From: Guillardia theta CCMP2712
Lineage: Eukaryota; Protista; Cryptophyta
DNA: 39,765 nt
Direction: 5' to 3'
Assembly (NCBI RefSeq): GCF_000315625.1
Contig: NW_005434620.1
Location: 487,349 to 527,113, forward strand
Shown: one piece after another, positions 33,976 to 39,765 of the stretch
Position numbering within the stretch: position 1 is the stretch's first letter
Layout: each line of letters starts with the position of its first letter
The notes under the pieces: generated by a model
The model's input: the letters and a program-made list of their open reading frames with translations, nothing else
What the model was told of the DNA's origin: nothing
Database searches by the model: none
Position numbers and translations under genes: made by a program

Positions 33976-36900
33976 ATGCCCTCCCGGCTCCTCCTCCCCC
34001 TCCTCCTCCATCTCCTCCTGCTGTCTCGCAACCCCCTCCATGCTGTGGTCTCCCCACCTCCTGCCGTGGTGTGTCCTTCCCCGCTGGTGCAGGTGAACGG
34101 GACCTGCTTCTGCAAGGACGACTCCAAGAGGGGAGAGATCTTCCAGTCCGGACGGCTGCTGGCGAGCCCCAGGAGCAGCTCCACCTGCATCATCAGCAGC
34201 GGCGCTGTCAAGTGCTGGGGAGACAACAGCTACTATCAGTTCGGGTACCAGGGGAAGCGAGCGGTGGGGACGGGGGCAGGAGACATGAGCTCGCTCCCGG
34301 CGCTCAACGTGCCAGGCAGCGCGGTGAAGGCGGTAGCAGGGGAGGGCTTCTTGTGTGTCCTCAACGACGCTGGGGAGATGTACTGCTCGGGCTCGAACGC
34401 GCTGGGGCAGGCGGGAGCAGGCAACGTCAACTGGACGGCGAGCATGACGAGGGTGAGCCTGGGGAGCGGGAGGAAGGCGACGGATGTGACAGCAGGGGCA
34501 TGGCATGCATGCGCGGTGCTGGACAACGGGCAGGTGAAGTGCTGGGGCTTACACACGCAGGAGTATCCCTGCTGCGGGGTAGGATCGTATCCCCCGAGCA
34601 ACTGGACGGAGGCGATGAGGAGGATGGGAGACAGCCTTCCGTACGTGCCCCTGCAAGAGCAGGTGCAGTCGATAGCAGCTGGAGACCTGCACACGTGCGC
34701 GCTGCTGGTAGGAGGAGACGTGCAGTGCTGGGGCGACAACTCGGTAGGACAGCTGGGAAGCAACGTGGCATCGCCGATGGGGTACGACGTGGAGGCCTCG
34801 TACGTGGGGATGCCGGGGGTGCGGTACGGAGTGAGGTAGAGGAGGAGAGGGAGGAGGGAGGAGGAGGTGACGCGAGCTTGGGAGCAGGATCTGGGCAGGA
34901 GGCTTCTCGACGTGCGTGGAGCTGGACACGTCGGAGGTGTTTTGCTTCGGGCTGAACAGGGACGGGCTGCTGGGGTATCAAGACACGACGAACCGGTGGC
35001 TGGCAGCGACGCCGGCGCCAGAGTACATGGAAGGGATCCAAGACATAGCGATCGGAGGACGGTACTTCGCGTGCTTCCAGCTGGTGGACATGACGGTGAA
35101 GTGCATAGGAAACAACGGGAAGGGTGAGGGAGGGGAGGAGGCGGAGGGAGGAGGTGACGGGGGTGTTGGTGAGCAGGTCAGCTGGGGACGGGGAAGGCAG
35201 GGAGCTCGGGGACGAGCTTCCTGAGCAACCAGACGGCCGTGCTGGGAGGGATGAGAGTGATGAAGGTCGTAGCCGGGTACGAGCATGCGTGCGCTCTGCT
35301 GATGAACGAGAGCGTCGTGTGCTGGGGGAGCAACACGTACGGGGAGCTGGGGATAGAGCAGGCAGTGGCTAGCCATGCTCCGAGCATGGCGCTTGTAGGG
35401 GACAAGCCGGACCTGTACCAGTACGTGACGTGCACGACGAGCGAGTACTGCCTTCTTCCGAAGTGAGCGGGAGGAGGGGGAGGGAGGGAGGGGGAGCTGG
35501 GGGAGAAGAGGAGGAGGGGGAAGGAGGGTCTGATGTGCGGGTGTGTCAGGCTTGGGAACGGCACGTACTCGGTGAGCGGAGACTCGGTACTGGCGGGAAC
35601 GACCGTGATGGCAAGGGAGGAGGGGGAGGCGAGGAGACGGAGAGGCTGGACGGGGGGAGAGCAGGCGAGCTGTCTGTGGAACTTNNNNNNNNNNNNNNNN
35701 NNNNNNNNNNNNNNNNNNNNNNNNNNNNNNNNNNNNNNNNNNNNNNNNNNNNNNNNNNNNNNNNNNNNNNNNNNNNNNNNNNNNNNNNNNNNNNNNNNNN
35801 NNNNNNNNNNNNNNNNNNNNNNNNNNNNNNNNNNNNNNNNNNNNNNNNNNNNNNNNNNNNNNNNNNNNNNNNNNNNNNNNNNNNNNNNNNNNNNNNNNNN
35901 NNNNNNNNNNNNNNNNNNNNNNNNNNNNNNNNNNNNNNNNNNNNNNNNNNNNNNNNNNNNNNNNNNNNNNNNNNNNNNNNNNNNNNNNNNNNNNNNNNNN
36001 NNNNNNNNNNNNNNNNNNNNNNNNNNNNNNNNNNNNNNNNNNNNNNNNNNNNNNNNNNNNNNNNNNNNNNNNNNNNNNNNNNNNNNNNNNNNNNNNNNNN
36101 NNNNNNNNNNNNNNNNNNNNNNNNNNNNNNNNNNNNNNNNNNNNNNNNNNNNNNNNNNNNNNNNNNNNNNNNNNNNNNNNNNNNNNNNNNNNNNNNNNNN
36201 NNNNNNNNNNNNNNNNNNNNNNNNNNNNNNNNNNNNNNNNNNNNNNNNNNNNNNNNNNNNNNNNNNNNNNNNNNNNNNNNNNNNNNNNNNNNNNNNNNNN
36301 NNNNNNNNNNNNNNNNNNNNNNNNNNNNNNNNNNNNNNNNNNNNNNNNNNNNNNNNNNNNNNNNNNNNNNNNNNNNNNNNNNNNNNNNNNNNNNNNNNNN
36401 NNNNNNNNNNNNNNNNTGCAGACTCGATCTTCTGCAAGGACGCGGGGCCGTCGTGGGCCATGACGCCGCTGGTAAGAGGGGAAAGGAGGAACGAGGAGGG
36501 AGGAGCAGGAGCAGGGAGGAGGATGACGAGGGGGAGCGGATAGCAGGAGCAGGAGCAGGAGGAGGGCTGGGACGGGAAGGACAAGGAGGAGCAGGAAGGG
36601 AGGAGTTGCCGAGCTGAAGGTCGGAGCAGGGGAACGCCACACATCAACCGACGAGCTGGTACCCGAAGTATGACGTGGCGTACAAGGGGAGAACGACGTT
36701 GTACTCATGCGCGGTAGGAAGGAAGAGAAGGGAGAGGGGAGGCGAGGGGGAGGAGCAAAATGACCAGGAGGAAGAGAGATGGGGGAGGAGCAGGTGTTCG
36801 AGATTGTGGGAAGGGACGAGCAGGGTCACGAGAAGGAAGGAGAAGGTCAAGGAGAGGAGGCGGAAGTAGGGCTGAAGTAAGTGCGAGCAGTGTATGCAGA

Positions 36901-37048
36901 GCTGCACGTGTACAAGGGCGAGAGTGAAGCGAAAATGGAAAACTTCTTGCACGTGCTACAACATGATCGACCTGCCGTCGGGCAGTGTGTCTCGGGTCAA
37001 CTACGATCCGATCGGAAGGTGAGACGGAGGAGAAGAGACGAAAGTAGA

Positions 37049-37082
<34 letters not shown>

Positions 37083-37585
37083 CGAGAGGAAGCGAGGTAG
37101 GGGTGGTAGGGTGGAGGNNNNNNNNNNNNNNNNNNNNNNNNNNNNNNNNNNNNNNNNNNNNNNNNNNNNNNNNNNNNNNNNNNNNNNNNNNNNNNNNNNN
37201 NNNNNNNNNNNNNNNNNGGAGGGTTTGGCTGAGATGATGCGGCAGAGGGTTATTGACGGTTGACTCGCTGACGAAAGTCAGTACCGCGAGCTACAAGGTG
37301 AGCAAGGAGGCTGAGGTGTGGGGAAGGGAGGAAGAGGAGAAAACGGAGCAAGGGAGAGGAGAGCAGAGGAGAGAGACAAGGAGAGAGCAGAGGAGGAAGC
37401 TGAGTTTCGGGAGGGAGGAAGGAGGAGGGGGGAGAGGAGAGGTACTGACGAGGATGGGAGCAGGGGAAATGCTCTTGTACGTGTGCGGACCAATACGGTT
37501 TCTAGAGGGGAGAGGGAGGAGAGGAGAGGAGAGGAGAGATGATGTAGATGTAGCGGGGACAAAGGCCAAGGAAAGATGCTTTTGA
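33976..37585 (+). CDS. Secreted/extracellular RCC1 (BLIP-II-like) repeat protein with small Cys-containing 3' exons; spans two N gaps
   Basis: Leader MPSRLLLPLLLHLLLLS; repeats STCIISSGAVKCWGDNSYYQFG, AGAWHACAVLDNGQVKCWG, AGDLHTCALLVGGDVQCWGDNSVGQLG, AGYEHACALLMNESVVCWGSNTYGELG; GA-rich introns. 3' exon linkage across the gaps is assumed. Confidence 0.8.
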
Positions 37586-38152
37586 GCAGAAACAAGTCTC
37601 GCAACGTGCAGCAAGCACAGCATCTTGTCCTTGTACGAAGAGCAAGGATGAAGCATGTGTGTGTAGATGTAGCAATCAATCAGCTCCTCAGCTTCAAGGT
37701 CTGTCATCCTTGCAATGATAAAATCTTCATGCTCACACGACTCTTGTGCGACTACCTCCGTCCCATCCTCGCTACATCTACATCATCTCTCCTCTCCTCT
37801 CCTCTCCTCCCTCTCCCCTCTAGAAACCGTATTGATTCGCACACGTACAAGAGCATTTCCCCTGCTCCCATCCTCGTCAGTACCTCTCTTCTCCCCCCCT
37901 CCTCCTCCTTCCTCCCTCCCGAAAATCAGCTTCCTCCTCTGCTCTCTCCTTGTCTCTCTCCTCTGCTCTCCTCTCCCTTGCTCCGTTTTCTCCTCTTCCT
38001 CCCTTCCCCACACCTCAGCCTCCTTGCTCACCTTGTAGCTCGCGGTACTGACTTTCGTCAGCGAGTCAACCGTCAATAACCCTCTGCCGCATCATCTCAG
38101 CCAAACCCTCCGTTGCCTCCTCCACCTTCACCACCACCCTCTGCTCCTCTCG

Positions 38153-38213
<61 letters not shown>

Positions 38214-38831
38214 TCTACTTTCGTCTCTTCTCCTCCGTCTCACCTTCCGATCGGATCGTAGTTGACCCGAGACACACTGCCCGACGGCAGGTCGATCATG
38301 TTGTAGCACGTGCAAGAAGTTTTCCATTTTCGCTTCACTCTCGCCCTTGTACACGTGCAGCTCTGCATACACTGCTCGCACTTACTTCAGCCCCGCAGCC
38401 AAAACTATCACCCAACTCCTCCCGCTCCTCCTCGTCTTCGTCTTCTTCCCCTTCCTACTCCTCCCCCATCTCCCTTCCTCCTGCCATCCCCTCCCCCTCC
38501 CCTCCCCTCCCCCCCACCTCTCCCNNNNNNNNNNNNNNNNNNNNNNNNNNNNNNNNNNNNNNNNNNNNNNNNNNNNNNNNNNNNNNNNNNNNNNNNNNNN
38601 NNNNNNNNNNNNNNNNNNNNNNNNNNNNNNNNNNNNNNNNNNNNNNNNNNNNNNNNNNNNNNNNNNNNNNNNNNNNNNNNNNNNNNNNNNNNNNNNNNNN
38701 NNNNNNNNNNNNNNNNNNNNNNNNNNNNNNNNNNNNNNNNNNNNNNNNNNNNNTCGTTCCTCCTTTTCCCCTCTTACCAGCGGCGTCATGGCCCACGACG
38801 GCCCCGCGTCCTTGCAGAAGATCGAGTCTGC
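36417..38831. repeat. Large imperfect inverted duplication (arms about 36417-37553 and 37770-38831; unique spacer about 210 bp)
   Basis: 36417-36495 is the reverse complement of about 38755-38831; 36869-37090 of about 38143-38392; 37218-37553 of about 37770-38112. Differences include (AGC)n length and a few substitutions. Confidence 0.93.
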
Positions 38832-39457
38832 AATACCTCCCTATCAGCTCTCCTCTTCCTCCCCTCCCTCCCTCCCTCCCTCCTTCCTTCCCCCACCACC
38901 TTTCTGCCTCCCCCTCTCCAGTCCTCTCTCCCCCAACTCCTCCGACTCCCGTCCTCCCCCTCGCTCCTCCTCCTCTCTCCCCCCCCTCCCTCCCTGTCTC
39001 CCTCCCCTCCCTCCTCCCTTACGGCTGTCCTTGAGGCAGTACGCTTGCGCCGCTGCTGACGGCAAGCAAAGTCCGTTCGAGTCCACGTACCTGCCGTGTC
39101 CCCCCGCCCCCCCGCCTGTCAGCTCCTTCTCCTCCTCCTCTCTCCCGTCCCTCCCCCTACCGGCAGCCTGTCATGCTCGTGTTGCTGGGGATCATCAGCC
39201 CCTGCGCACAGTCCTCCTGCATGCATTGAGCCAGCATGATTGCCTGCTCTCCGTCAGTGCCTTCAGCCTCCTGCCTCCCTCGCGTACTTGTCTGCTAGTC
39301 TTGTCCTTGCTGGTGTATGACCTCCAAGTGGAGCAGCTGGGGTTCAAGTACAGCAGGCAGGTCCCGTCCGACTTGATCAGCATCGTCAATTCGAAGCTTC
39401 CTCCTCCTCGTCTCTCGTCCCTCGTCCCTCGTCCCTCGTCCTCTCCTCCTTCTCCTT

Positions 39458-39507
<50 letters not shown>

Positions 39508-39765
39508 ATTCCTCCTCGTTCTCCTTCATGCTTCCATCCTTAGTCTCATCGTCGTCTTCATCCTCGGCTTCGTCCTCGTCCTGCTATATCGTCTCTCCCC
39601 CTTTCTCCCCCTCGTCACCTGCATCGCTCCGATGGCGCTCGAGCACTCCTGCGCGACGGTCCTCTTTTGCTCGATACACTGCACCCTGCTCTCATCTCCT
39701 GCCCCTCAAAATCCGTACTTCATCCCCACCCCGCATCCTCATCTGCTCTCATCGTCTCCCCCCCC
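37554..39765 (-). CDS. Opposite-strand copy of the 3' exons of the RCC1-repeat gene (paralog/allele), 5' end beyond window
   Basis: Exons shared with the + copy (DSIFCKDAGPSWAMTPL; VDSLTKVSTASYK) plus extra upstream exons (YVDSNGLCLPSAAAQAYCLKDS; LTMLIKSDGTCLLYLNPSCSTW) and an open exon through the spacer (EDGTEVVAQESCEHEDFIIARMTDLEAEELIDCY). Confidence 0.55.

Noticed and set aside
34978-39543. Long ORFs spanning N runs
   Set aside because: Their length comes from gaps and GA/TC-rich introns.

Overview
Eukaryotic nuclear DNA with very short GT-AG introns (about 40-70 nt), GA/TC-rich low-complexity introns and four N gaps. The style fits a cryptophyte alga (Guillardia/Hanusia-like; this is an inference). 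Genes from left to right: (1) a single-pass receptor with a signal peptide, an apparently circularly permuted PstS-type phosphate-binding ectodomain, a TM helix and a TKL-type kinase domain carrying HRN instead of HRD (it runs off the left edge); (2) an unidentified multi-exon gene; (3) a PAP2-family phosphatase with altered motifs; (4) an alpha/beta hydrolase; (5) a bacterial-type aconitase B with introns and a likely mitochondrial presequence; (6) a CRAL-TRIO/Sec14 protein; (7) a STE11/MAP3K-like kinase; (8) an AT-rich, intronless, foreign-looking island encoding a tyrosine recombinase of the virophage/Polinton-like-virus style; (9) an NHL-repeat protein; (10) a single-domain 6TM voltage-gated channel with nested PH domains, an EF-hand and an unusual non-acidic pore loop; (11) a secreted RCC1-repeat protein whose 3' part is present as a large inverted duplication. 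The genes are separated by about eight non-identical spacer modules built from a small vocabulary (GGGGTA/TACCC tracts, GC-rich palindromic words, AACTT/AAGTT words). Exon boundaries were read by eye, so the ends of multi-exon genes are approximate.
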